This document shows, piece after piece, positions 1-7,541 of a stretch of DNA of 40,844 bases. The position numbers and the translations under genes are program-made. The notes under the pieces were generated by a model. It searched no databases. It saw only the letters and a program-made list of their open reading frames with translations, and was not told where the DNA came from. Every line of letters begins with the position of its first letter. Within the stretch, counting starts at the first letter, position 1. Source of the stretch: a virus. Taxonomy: Duplodnaviria > Heunggongvirae > Uroviricota > Caudoviricetes. The stretch is taken from positions 1 through 40,844 of IMG/VR virus record IMGVR_UViG_3300025916_000008. One strand, written 5' to 3'.

Positions 1-233
1 GAACGAGTCGGTGAGGAGACCGGGAGCGGGCTCGCCGGGGCAGCGCCTACCGTGACCTCGGCGGTGCCGGTGGCGGTGCTCCCGTCGCCGTTGGTGACCA
101 CGGCGGTGATCGTGAGGGTGGTGCCGGGGTTGGCCGGGTCCGTGTACTCCACGGTGACGGTGATGGGGTCGCCGGAGTTGTAGGCGGCCTTGTCGGTGGT
201 GACGACGGGAGCCGTCGGCGTCGGGGTGGTCAA
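1..233 (-). CDS. Partial (runs off left edge) Thr/Val-rich Ig-like putative virion protein
   Basis: Not in ORF track. TTG start at 233 behind a GGAGGAGG RBS and a CCCCGGAAG motif; reads MTTPTPTAPVVTTDKAAYNSGDPITVTVEYTDPANPGTTLTITAVVTNGDG..., a beta-sandwich-like pattern. Confidence 0.6.
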   Translation of the reverse strand, partial: MTTPTPTAPVVTTDKAAYNSGDPITVTVEYTDPANPGTTLTITAVVTNGDGSTATGTAEVTVGAAPASPLPVSSPTR

Positions 234-291
234 GGAGTCCTCCTCCAGAAGGGAACGCGGTGTTCTTACCTTCCGGGGGGCGGACCGGGGC

Positions 292-636
292 TCAGGACCT
301 GGCGGACCTGACGACCCCGAGGCCCGCCAGGATGTCGAACTCTTCCCGGATTCTGTCCGGGACCGCCGCCCCGTCCCGCACCTCGTAGCCGCGCGAGGCG
401 GCCCACTGGCGCAGCTCGGGGGGCTCCGCGCCCCTGCTCCGCTTCTTCTGCCCGGGGACCTTCCTCTTCCTGCTGGCCGCCTCGGTGTAGGGGGCGAGCG
501 CCTCGCGCATCTCCCCTGCCTGCTCGGCGCTGAGGTCGATCTCGTAGTCCGTGCCGTCCAGCCCGAAGCGGACGGTCACGTCTGCCTGGGTGCCGTCCAG
601 GTCGCTGATCAGATCAACCTGCTCTCTCTGTGCCAT
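292..636 (-). CDS. lsr2: Lsr2-family nucleoid-associated protein (AT-hook RGR motif absent)
   Basis: DLDGTQADVTVRFGLDGTDYEIDLS and LRQWAASRGYEV match the Lsr2 N- and C-terminal domains; ATG 636 with GAGGAGG RBS. Confidence 0.9.
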   Translation of the reverse strand: MAQREQVDLISDLDGTQADVTVRFGLDGTDYEIDLSAEQAGEMREALAPYTEAASRKRKVPGQKKRSRGAEPPELRQWAASRGYEVRDGAAVPDRIREEFDILAGLGVVRSARS

Positions 637-707
637 CGGCCCTCCTCGCGCGCATGTCACTCAAGGAGGGATTTTACACTGATACAGCTTTCCTTGACAG
701 GAGAGGA

Positions 708-1244
708 TTAATTCGTCGCGGTGGTCGCGCTGAACTGGTTGGAGTTCAAGGGCAGGTAGTGGGTGTAGGCGAACGTGATGCCCTTGGTGACGGCCAGCGC
801 CCCGACCGTCACCGTCTCGCCGTCGTTGATATCGACAACCGTGACATTCTGGTAGACCTTGCCGCGCCAGGCGCTCGGGTTCGCCTCGGTGCCCGGCGGC
901 TTGATGATCATCGAGGCCGTCACGTAGTTCGGGTTGGCCGCCAGCGCCTTGAAGATGTCGACCATGTTCCAGGTGCCGGCCAGGCCCGCGAGCTGCCACC
1001 ACACCGGCTGGCTCCACAGCTCCCGGATGGTGATCATCACCGTCCCGCCGGAGATCACGCGCGAGGTTGCGATCTCAACCGGGTGCTCCGCGCCGATCGG
1101 CTGAATGAACTGGTAGGGCTGCCCCACGTCGGAGAACGCCCGCTGGCCCGAGTCCTCCCACCCCTCGCAGTAGGCGATCGGCTGGGAGTTGTAGGACAGG
1201 ACCGTGTAGCCGGAGCCTACGACTCTGGCCTGGGTCGTTGCCAT
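708..1244 (-). CDS. Putative tail tube protein
   Basis: 178 aa, beta-rich, immediately downstream of the sheath gene, as in myovirus sheath-tube order. Confidence 0.7.
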   Translation of the reverse strand: MATTQARVVGSGYTVLSYNSQPIAYCEGWEDSGQRAFSDVGQPYQFIQPIGAEHPVEIATSRVISGGTVMITIRELWSQPVWWQLAGLAGTWNMVDIFKALAANPNYVTASMIIKPPGTEANPSAWRGKVYQNVTVVDINDGETVTVGALAVTKGITFAYTHYLPLNSNQFSATTATN

Positions 1245-1256
1245 CTGCGTGGCTCC

Positions 1257-2798
1257 TTACTGCCCGGTTCCGGAGGCCGAGGCGTTCTGCTGGGACTGGG
1301 TGGCCACCAGGCCGCCGGTCAGGTCGATCGACATCTGCACCGTGATGTAGTTGAGAGGCATGGCGGGCAGGTACTGGAAGGTAACCGAAACTATGGTCGG
1401 GTTTCCCCCGGGGTAGGACTGCTGCACCGCCGTCAGGTTCCGGTAGGAGATGATCGCCTGCCGGGTGACCGACGCCTCCAGGACGCCGAGGACCGCCTCC
1501 TGCACCGCGCTGACCGTGTTCGCGCCGATCGGCCTGCCGATCAGCCCGCTCGCCTGGAGCCCCTGGCTGACCGACACCAGCAGCGAGTCGGCCTGGCGCA
1601 CCACGCTGATCTCCTGGTGGTTGATCGCGCTCGGGTCGGTGGTCACCCCGTGGCGGCACATCAGCGCCCCGGCCCAGTTGTTCGAGCAGATCGACACCCC
1701 CGAGGCCGCCAGCACGTTCATGAAGGCGTTGGTCATCCGGCTGACCTCGGACTGCGGCAGCCCGGCGGTGCCCCGGACGATCTGGCTGGTGATCCCCGTG
1801 TTGATCTTCATCGACGACAGGATGGCCGCCTGCGCGACCGCCAGGTAGCACCCGGACGCCTGGAAGGTGGTGCTGGTCGCGCTGTTGAACATCAGCACGA
1901 TCTCCGGGTAGGCGAGCACCAGGCGGCGGCTCGCCAGCCCGGCCGCGAAGGTGGGGATCGGGATGTCGCCCTCGGAGTAGTTGCGGGGCAGCCCGAAGAA
2001 CCCGATGCGGGGGTACCCGTCGTTGTACGCCACGGTCACCGCCGTGTTCAGGTCCTGGGCCATCGAGTCGGCCATCGCCGCCACGGTGCCCGACTGCGGG
2101 GTCAGGTCGTCAGTGAAGACCGGGACGATGATCGTCGCGGCTGCCGTCGTGGTGACCTTCGCGTAGGCCGCCTGGAACTGCTGCTCCAGGGAGCCGTCGG
2201 CCGGGTTGCAGGCGATGAGGATCAGGGTGGTCGCCCCGTTGCTGAAGGCGACCTGCGCGCCGAGCGACAGCGGGTTGGCGACCTGGGAGGCGTTCGGGGT
2301 CACCGGGACCGTCGAGAGGAACGGCTGGCCGAAGGCGTTGATGACGCTCTGCTGGTCGGTGAAGACCTGCGGAGCGTAGTAGGTGGCGTCCGCGTAGTTG
2401 TAGGTGATGCTGATCTGCTGGCCGTCGGAGACGTGCGTCGAGGTATTGACCCGGACGATCGTCGTGGAGGCCAGGCCCGGGTTCCCGCTCGGGTCGGCGA
2501 TCACCGTCAGGGTGTAGTCGACGCCCGGCGTCAGGATCGTCCCGGCCAGGGTGGTCACCACCGGGGCGGCGACCGGCGGCGGCCCGGTGACCGCCGTGGT
2601 GAACACGCCCGTGTAGGTGAGGGTCACCGCCGTGGAGGCGCTGATGATCAGCGACTGGATCGCTGTCCGGTAGCCGAGGGCCGGCCCGACGATGGTGACC
2701 ACCTGCGAGGGCACCAGCGGGGTGATGACGACAGGGATGCTGACGTCCTCCACGAACACGCTGGGAGGCTGGTACGAGGTGAAGGACGGGATCGTCAT
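1257..2798 (-). CDS. Contractile tail sheath protein
   Basis: ~513 aa from ATG 2798; C-terminal RHGVTT..EISVVRQADSL..I..Y.NL..VQ...NPT.V.V.F.Y.P..PLNYI.V pattern typical of sheath C-termini. Confidence 0.85.
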   Translation of the reverse strand: MTIPSFTSYQPPSVFVEDVSIPVVITPLVPSQVVTIVGPALGYRTAIQSLIISASTAVTLTYTGVFTTAVTGPPPVAAPVVTTLAGTILTPGVDYTLTVIADPSGNPGLASTTIVRVNTSTHVSDGQQISITYNYADATYYAPQVFTDQQSVINAFGQPFLSTVPVTPNASQVANPLSLGAQVAFSNGATTLILIACNPADGSLEQQFQAAYAKVTTTAAATIIVPVFTDDLTPQSGTVAAMADSMAQDLNTAVTVAYNDGYPRIGFFGLPRNYSEGDIPIPTFAAGLASRRLVLAYPEIVLMFNSATSTTFQASGCYLAVAQAAILSSMKINTGITSQIVRGTAGLPQSEVSRMTNAFMNVLAASGVSICSNNWAGALMCRHGVTTDPSAINHQEISVVRQADSLLVSVSQGLQASGLIGRPIGANTVSAVQEAVLGVLEASVTRQAIISYRNLTAVQQSYPGGNPTIVSVTFQYLPAMPLNYITVQMSIDLTGGLVATQSQQNASASGTGQ

Positions 2799-2855
2799 GC
2801 GGGAGCCTTTCCCGGTAGGGTCACCTCTTCCGGGGATCAGGGGCACAATGACGGC

Positions 2856-3080
2856 ATGACCTTCCAGCCCTGGCTCGGGAAACTCCCCGGCGAGCCGTCT
2901 GGCGTCGGCCACCGCATCCTGATCAAGACCAGCTACCGCGCCGTGCACGACGGGAAGCTGCGGTGCGAGAGCACCGACCCGGAGGAGGTCGTCGCTCACG
3001 CGGCCGAGGGCGATGCCTTCGAGGTACTGAACTACTACGCGGTCACCGAGGGCTGGCAGCCGTGGACACCGGGGACCTGA
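2856..3080 (+). CDS. Small hypothetical protein (leaderless)
   Basis: MTFQPWLGKLPGEPSG...; CACAAT -10 hexamer 6 nt before ATG 2856; real 3' part of shadow ORF 630..3080. Confidence 0.6.
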   Translation: MTFQPWLGKLPGEPSGVGHRILIKTSYRAVHDGKLRCESTDPEEVVAHAAEGDAFEVLNYYAVTEGWQPWTPGT

Positions 3081-3097
3081 GCACCTGGGAAGGCCGC

Positions 3098-3466
3098 ATG
3101 GCCGCCGCAGCCGCCGCGCGCCGGGCTGCCGCCGAGAGGAAGCGGGAAGAGGCCGAGGAAGCGCGGAGGCAGGAGGTCATCGCCGCCGGCTTCGACCCGG
3201 ACATGCCGGAAGGCCATGAAGCGCACCACTGGCACGCCCGGGGGAACGGGTACGAGTGCTCCTGCGGCCAGTTGCACGGCGGTATCTGGTCGTTCGTCCC
3301 TGACGCGCGCTGGGGGTCCGATGACCCGGCCGAGGTAGCCCAGGTGAGGCGGGAAGAAACCGACTGGCTGGCGTGGATCTCCTGCTACATCTGCGGCGCG
3401 CCCGGGGTTACGGCTCAGGACGTGACGTGGCCGCCGCGACGGATGGAGAGACAATCGGTGACATGA
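3098..3466 (+). CDS. Hypothetical protein with Cys/His motifs
   Basis: ATG 3098 after GGGAAGG; HHW..GYECSCG and CYICG motifs; ATGA overlap with next gene. Confidence 0.55.
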   Translation: MAAAAAARRAAAERKREEAEEARRQEVIAAGFDPDMPEGHEAHHWHARGNGYECSCGQLHGGIWSFVPDARWGSDDPAEVAQVRREETDWLAWISCYICGAPGVTAQDVTWPPRRMERQSVT

Positions 3467-3663
3467 CGATGTTCAGCGACTTCGCCGACGAGTTCACCGT
3501 CCAGGTGCCCGACGCGATGGAGATGTACGACCAGCTCCGCCGCAGACGCCACGAGGGAATGTACGCGCGGCTGGCAGCTCAGGTGGCGGCCAGTGCAGCC
3601 AGGCAGCCGCTATTCGTCCTGGCCCCGCTCATCGAGCCGGACAGGTCTACGGAACCGTCGTGA
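3463..3663 (+). CDS. Small hypothetical protein
   Basis: ATGA translational coupling at 3463-3466; MTMFSDFADEF... Confidence 0.5.
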   Translation: MTMFSDFADEFTVQVPDAMEMYDQLRRRRHEGMYARLAAQVAASAARQPLFVLAPLIEPDRSTEPS

Positions 3664-4300
3664 CCTGGCCCGAGGGCACCAGGATCGTCGTGGTGTCCGG
3701 GAAGCCCTGCATGTTCATGACCACCTCGACCTCAGACAGGTTGATCAGGCTCTGCGCGTAGGGGTCGGTCACGAACTCGCCGACCACCTGGAGGGCGAAG
3801 CCGCGCTCGTAGATGACCTCCATCGTCCCCCAGGGCGTGCCAGGGGCGGCGGCGCTCGGCCGGTCCTCCACCGTGTCGAACGACCACACGGTGGCGATCA
3901 TCGGGGCCGCCTCCACCACCTGGCGGAACTTCGAGGGGAAGTCCGACTGGGCGGCGAACGCGGTCATCGACACGAGCTGGTCGTAGAGCATGTCCCGCTC
4001 GTTGGAGTTAAGCGCCACGATGGTGAAGCTGACGTGGCCGGCGAACCGCCAGCGGGCGTAGGCGTTGCCCTGGGCGTCCTGCTGGGTGTAGGCGATGCCG
4101 ACGGTGCGCAGCTCGGCTCCCTCGTAGTCGACCCAGATGCCGGGGTACTGCGCCTTCTCCACCGGGTACTCGATCGACACGAACGGCTGCTGGGCGGTGC
4201 CGGTCCCGCCGCCCGCGTCGGGCTCCGGGTACCGGGCGGTGAACGACTGCTGGATCGCCTGCACGGCAGTCGTCTTTATCGTCCGGAGGTAGCCCGTCAT
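3647..4300 (-). CDS. Putative tail completion/terminator-like virion protein
   Basis: 217 aa in the structural arm upstream of the sheath; VSIEYP..YPGIWV and SFTIVAL..ERD motifs; preceded by CCCGGAAG. Confidence 0.55.
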   Translation of the reverse strand: MTGYLRTIKTTAVQAIQQSFTARYPEPDAGGGTGTAQQPFVSIEYPVEKAQYPGIWVDYEGAELRTVGIAYTQQDAQGNAYARWRFAGHVSFTIVALNSNERDMLYDQLVSMTAFAAQSDFPSKFRQVVEAAPMIATVWSFDTVEDRPSAAAPGTPWGTMEVIYERGFALQVVGEFVTDPYAQSLINLSEVEVVMNMQGFPDTTTILVPSGQVTTVP

Positions 4301-4430
4301 ACTGCTTCCGGGCTATCCTGGGCGCGTGGCTCGGAGGCATTAGATCCGAAGGCAGCCTCGGCTCTCCAGCAGGAGCCGGGGCCGCTTCTGCCTGCTCCCT
4401 GCCCCGGCGAGGACCTCCGCCGGGGCAGGA

Positions 4431-4535
4431 GCCCCGGCGCTTACAGGCACGGTGCTCCCTCGCTTACAGCGGGCCAGGGGGCTGACGGCTGGGCGGCTCC
4501 CCCGCTTACGGCGGTACCGCTCCCCCGCTTACAGG
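4431..4535. repeat. Four phased direct repeats GCTCCCYCGCTTACRG
   Basis: CGCTTAC cores at 4438, 4461, 4503, 4526 in an intergenic gap. Confidence 0.8.
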
Positions 4536-4575
4536 CCGCAGGAAGGTATCACGTACCACGTATGCCGCTCACCTG

Positions 4576-5277
4576 CTAGAACCGGGAGCGCCAGCTCCGG
4601 TCGGCCGCGTAGATCCGCTGCGGCTGGAGGCCGCCCTGCTCGGCGGCCAGCGACAGCGCGTGGTTGAGGAACTTGCGCGGGGCGAGCCCCGGGTGACGCC
4701 AGCGGACGCCGATGTTGCCCCGGGCTATCTGGCCGGCCACCCGGCCCGGCGTGGTGAACGGGGTGCTGGCCTCCCGGCGGGCAATGCGGCCGGGCGCTCC
4801 AGGGTAGGAGGCGGGGACCGTCCGCTCCTCGACGGTGCCGCCCGCCGTCTTCTTGCGCGTCGTCTTCGTCGCGCCGGGCATGGCGGCCCTGCGGAAGATC
4901 AGCACCTGGACCTTGCCGGAGAGCGTCTGCCTGGTCTGCGCGTGCGGGTTCTTCTCCCGCTCGGTGCCCGTGGGGTCGTCAACCCACATCGGGATCGTCT
5001 TGCCCGCCAGGCTGAACATGGTGAACGGCTGGATGCCCTGCTCCTGGAACCACACGTAGGAGTCCTGCCAGCCGACGCCGAAGAACCCGGTGCCGTACAA
5101 GGGGAAGAGCCGGCTGGCGGCGGCACCTGACAGCTTCGGCATCACCCGGCGGGCCTCCCGGACGGCCGCGTTGGCGAGGCTCCGGGCGCGTGGCCCGGAC
5201 AGGCCGTCCACCCGCATGATCAGCCGGTCCGGGTGCGCGGAGATGATCATCTCCTGGGTCTCGGTCAGCGCCACCAT
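4576..5277 (-). CDS. Putative virion morphogenesis (neck/head-tail) protein
   Basis: 233 aa basic ORF in the structural arm; TAGCAT -10 7 nt before ATG 5277; function inferred from position only. Confidence 0.5.
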   Translation of the reverse strand: MVALTETQEMIISAHPDRLIMRVDGLSGPRARSLANAAVREARRVMPKLSGAAASRLFPLYGTGFFGVGWQDSYVWFQEQGIQPFTMFSLAGKTIPMWVDDPTGTEREKNPHAQTRQTLSGKVQVLIFRRAAMPGATKTTRKKTAGGTVEERTVPASYPGAPGRIARREASTPFTTPGRVAGQIARGNIGVRWRHPGLAPRKFLNHALSLAAEQGGLQPQRIYAADRSWRSRF

Positions 5278-5330
5278 GCTGCCCATGCTAGGGCGGGCGC
5301 GTGCAGTTCAGTCAGTACCTGGTAAGCCTC

Positions 5331-5409
5331 ATGGGACAACTACTCAACTACTACTTTTTCTAATAACTACTATTAGTTAGTACTTAGTTGTTCTAGTTGT
5401 TCTAGTTAC
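5331..5409. repeat. AT-rich CTA/TAG micro-repeat tract (possible DNA-unwinding element)
   Basis: ACTACTCAACTACTACT...TAGTTGTTCTAGTTGTTCTAGTT; the most AT-rich stretch noticed in the window. Confidence 0.7.
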
Positions 5410-5424
5410 GCGCATGGCCAGCGG

Positions 5425-5755
5425 TTGTGCAATTCTCCCTCCCGGTCTGTACGATTCTCGTTCAGTTCTTGTGCGATTCTTGTTTTCGAGTTCTACGCGC
5501 CGACCAGGCAGTTGTGCGATTGTACGATTCTTTTCCCGGTTTTCGGCTCTCACGCACACGGGCTTCGAAGTTACGTAACCGTCGGTTCACTGATGGTCAT
5601 CACGCGGCTGCCATGGCTAGCCGAATCCAGATCCCGGGAAAGTGGCAAAAGAATCGCACAATCGCACGGTTGCCTGGTGGGAAGCTGTTTATCGAACACA
5701 AGAATCGCACAAGGATCGCACGAGAACCGAACGGGCGGCTGGAGAACCGCACGGC
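5425..5755. repeat. Inverted array of TTGTGCGATTCT iteron-like repeats (candidate origin/operator)
   Basis: Direct copies at 5425, 5447, 5469, 5512/5521; inverted copies AGAATCGCACAA at 5650 and 5701, with weaker copies to ~5755. Confidence 0.75.
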
Positions 5756-5871
5756 ACCCCTTATGACCTGCCGTTACGACCTGGACTCGGTTAGGGTTTT
5801 CTGCGCCCTGGCGCGCCCCTTTGGGGCACTGTAGCCAGGTAAGTCACGTGAGTCACTGTAAGGAGCTAACT

Positions 5872-6156
5872 ATGAGCGTTCCTGCGCCCCCGTCCCCGCC
5901 ACGGGAAGACGACGACCTGCTGACCCCCGCCGAGGTCGCGAAGATCTTCCGCGTCGACCCGAAGACGGTGACGCGCTGGGCAGCCGCCAAGCCCCCCAGG
6001 CTCGCCTCCGTCCGTACCCCTGGCGGGCACCGCAGGTTCCGCTGGTCGGTCGTCCAGGCCATGCTGCGCGCCCAGCAGGACGAGAGCATGTTATCAAGAA
6101 AACCTGTAATAAACCGTTGTGCGTCCGAGGAGGGCGGTGCTATGTTGGACAGGTAG
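5872..6156 (+). CDS. bldC: BldC-family MerR-like (excisionase-type) wHTH regulator
   Basis: LLTPAEVAKIFRVDPKTVTRWA...VRTPGGHRRFR closely matches Streptomyces BldC (LLTPAEVATMFRVDPKTVTRWAKAGKLTSIRTLGGHRRYR); AAGGAG RBS. Confidence 0.85.
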   Translation: MSVPAPPSPPREDDDLLTPAEVAKIFRVDPKTVTRWAAAKPPRLASVRTPGGHRRFRWSVVQAMLRAQQDESMLSRKPVINRCASEEGGAMLDR

Positions 6157-6240
6157 CCGCCGGAAGGCGGCGAACCGGCCGGCCGGCGGCCTTACCCCCG
6201 CGAGGGGCAAGGGGTAGATCCCCCCGGAAGAACTAGACCA

Positions 6241-6480
6241 AGGCCCCGTGCGCCTCTGACTCAAGCCAGCGGGGTTCCAGATGGAACCGAAGGAAGCATG
6301 AAGCAGTCAGTCACCCGCAGCTACCAGCCCGAGAGCTGGCTAACGAGGCACGCCTCGTTCGCCAATCTTGAGGCAGGACAGCCGTGTGACGGTATGCGGA
6401 GGCTTGCTGGGTAACACCCGCTGAGGGACCACCCAGGAGCCGCCGCCCAGACCGGGAGGCGGCTCCTCTGGTTCCCGGCC
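6241..6480 (+). ncRNA. Candidate structured ncRNA or array leader
   Basis: Hairpins 6273-6288, 6342-6359, 6436-6466; long-range CAGCGGG/CCCGCTG pairing; no credible ORF; follows CCCCGGAAG motif. Confidence 0.4.
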
Positions 6481-6495
6481 ACAACTGAACAGCGT

Positions 6496-6568
6496 AGGGG
6501 TGTAGCTCAACTGGAAGAGCAGCGGTCTCCAAAGCCGCGTGTTGGGGGTTCGAGTCCCTCCGTCCCTG
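6496..6568 (+). tRNA. tRNA-Trp(CCA)
   Basis: Cloverleaf; loop CT-CCA-AA; T-loop TTCGAGT. Confidence 0.95.
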
Positions 6569-6637
6569 CTGGACCGCAAGGTCCTACAGCCACCGGCCGA
6601 CGGGCGAGAGCCCCGAGGGCGGCAACCGGCTCGCATA

Positions 6638-6654
6638 TTGAGAACTCAACAGCG
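6638..6654 (+). promoter_or_regulatory. rrn-type boxA-like antitermination element
   Basis: TTGAGAACTCAACAGCG resembles the actinobacterial rRNA-leader boxA region (..TTTGAGAACTCAA(T/C)AG..). Confidence 0.6.
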
Positions 6655-6659
6655 GAACA

Positions 6660-6940
6660 CGTAACGCGGCGGGGTGCCAACCCGCCGCAGGTTTCGGCGT
6701 GCTGAAAGACAATGCAGCTACTCCTGGGGAGCAGCGGCCGTTAAAGGCCGGGGGCGCTCGCGCTCCTGTACCAGGCAGCACGCCAGCAAGACTCCCTCTC
6801 CCTGGTGCTCACGCCCAGCGGCCGGCCTGTTCACACCGGGCCGGCCCGAGCGGCATACCCACTTAGGTGCACGGAGGCGAGCCCGCCCTGGGCACCCGGC
6901 TGCGCTAGTCGCTACCCGGTGAATGCTAGGGCGGGCTCCG
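6660..6940 (+). ncRNA. Candidate structured ncRNA
   Basis: Stems 6666-6673/6681-6688, 6696-6704/6776-6784 (closing a multibranch loop), 6879-6889/6928-6938. Confidence 0.5.
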
Positions 6941-6942
6941 AT

Positions 6943-7015
6943 GGGGCCTTGGCGCAGCAGGTAGCGCGCTTGCATGGCATGCAAGAGGCCGGGGGTTCGA
7001 TTCCCCCAGGCTCCA
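6943..7015 (+). tRNA. tRNA-Ala(GGC)
   Basis: Cloverleaf; CTTGC-ATGGCAT-GCAAG arm; G3.U70. Confidence 0.95.
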
Positions 7016-7100
7016 CGAGGGTGAAGATGCGGGGTTCGAGTCCCCGCCCCGATGGATGATAAGCCGGGCGGTAGCTCAACAGCGCAGAGCATCACTCATC
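7016..7100 (+). ncRNA. Permuted tRNA-core RNA (YrlA/Y-RNA-like), imperfect acceptor stem
   Basis: Order GGTGA - AGATG - T arm - acceptor hairpin - TA-GCTC D arm - A - TCACT. Confidence 0.5.
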
Positions 7101-7270
7101 AGACGGCCCTGTCGCGGCATGCCGCGCGTGTGGCCAGAAGGCGAGACGGCAAGTCTGCTGCCATGTGTAGGGGGCCGTGACGGGCACCCCAGCGGCGGTT
7201 ATACCGAAGGCCGGGCGTCTCCGGCGGCAAAGCAGCAGGTTCAGCGGGAATTCTCCGTCGTCCCGCCCAT

Positions 7271-7343
7271 GGGGATGTAGCTCAGCAGGTAGAGCACCCG
7301 GCCCGCAACCGGGTTGTCAGGGGTTCGATTCCCCTCTTCTCCA
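7271..7343 (+). tRNA. tRNA-Ala(CGC), C33
   Basis: Cloverleaf; loop CC-CGC-AA; G3.U70. Confidence 0.9.
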
Positions 7344-7344
7344 C

Positions 7345-7462
7345 GTGGCGATCCGAGGCACGGCATCCGATGCCATCCCTGATCAGGATGGCTGGACACG
7401 GTAACCGGCTTGAATGCCTGGCGCGAATCCAAGCGCCCAGGCCGGGGTAACTCGCCACTCCA
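7345..7462 (+). ncRNA. tRNA-like RNA with 7-bp acceptor stem and encoded CCA
   Basis: GTGGCGA/TCGCCAC + T + CCA; internal hairpin with CT-GAT-CA loop; no canonical T arm. Confidence 0.45.
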
Positions 7463-7541
7463 CGTCGAAGGAGGACGCATGGTTCTGCGCCATCTCACAT
7501 CCAGTTCTTAGGGACTCGGATGTGAGAGGGGGTGACACCCC

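Noticed and set aside
630-3080. 816-aa plus-strand ORF (and similar long ORFs 21886..23577, 32406..34088, 36128..38320, 35121..36233)
   Set aside because: Antisense shadows of real GC-rich genes, with R/G/P-rich junk composition.
6600-6690. SAM-I riboswitch (CGGCAACC ... GGTGCCAA..C.GCAG)
   Set aside because: No P1/AUCAAGAG or P2 kink-turn in order; GGTGCCAA sits in the loop of an independent 8-bp hairpin; no downstream gene.
6436-6740. Short 16S-like matches (GCCCAGAC..CGGGAGGC; ACTCCT..GGGAG.CAGC)
   Set aside because: Short, gapped and GC-rich; no covariation support, unlike the GAC mimic.
7065-7269. tRNA-fMet interrupted by a group I intron (CGGGCGG could pair with CCGCCCA at 7263-7269)
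   Set aside because: No T arm before the 3' strand, no P7 core, and the anticodon arm is out of register; the permuted-core reading fits better.
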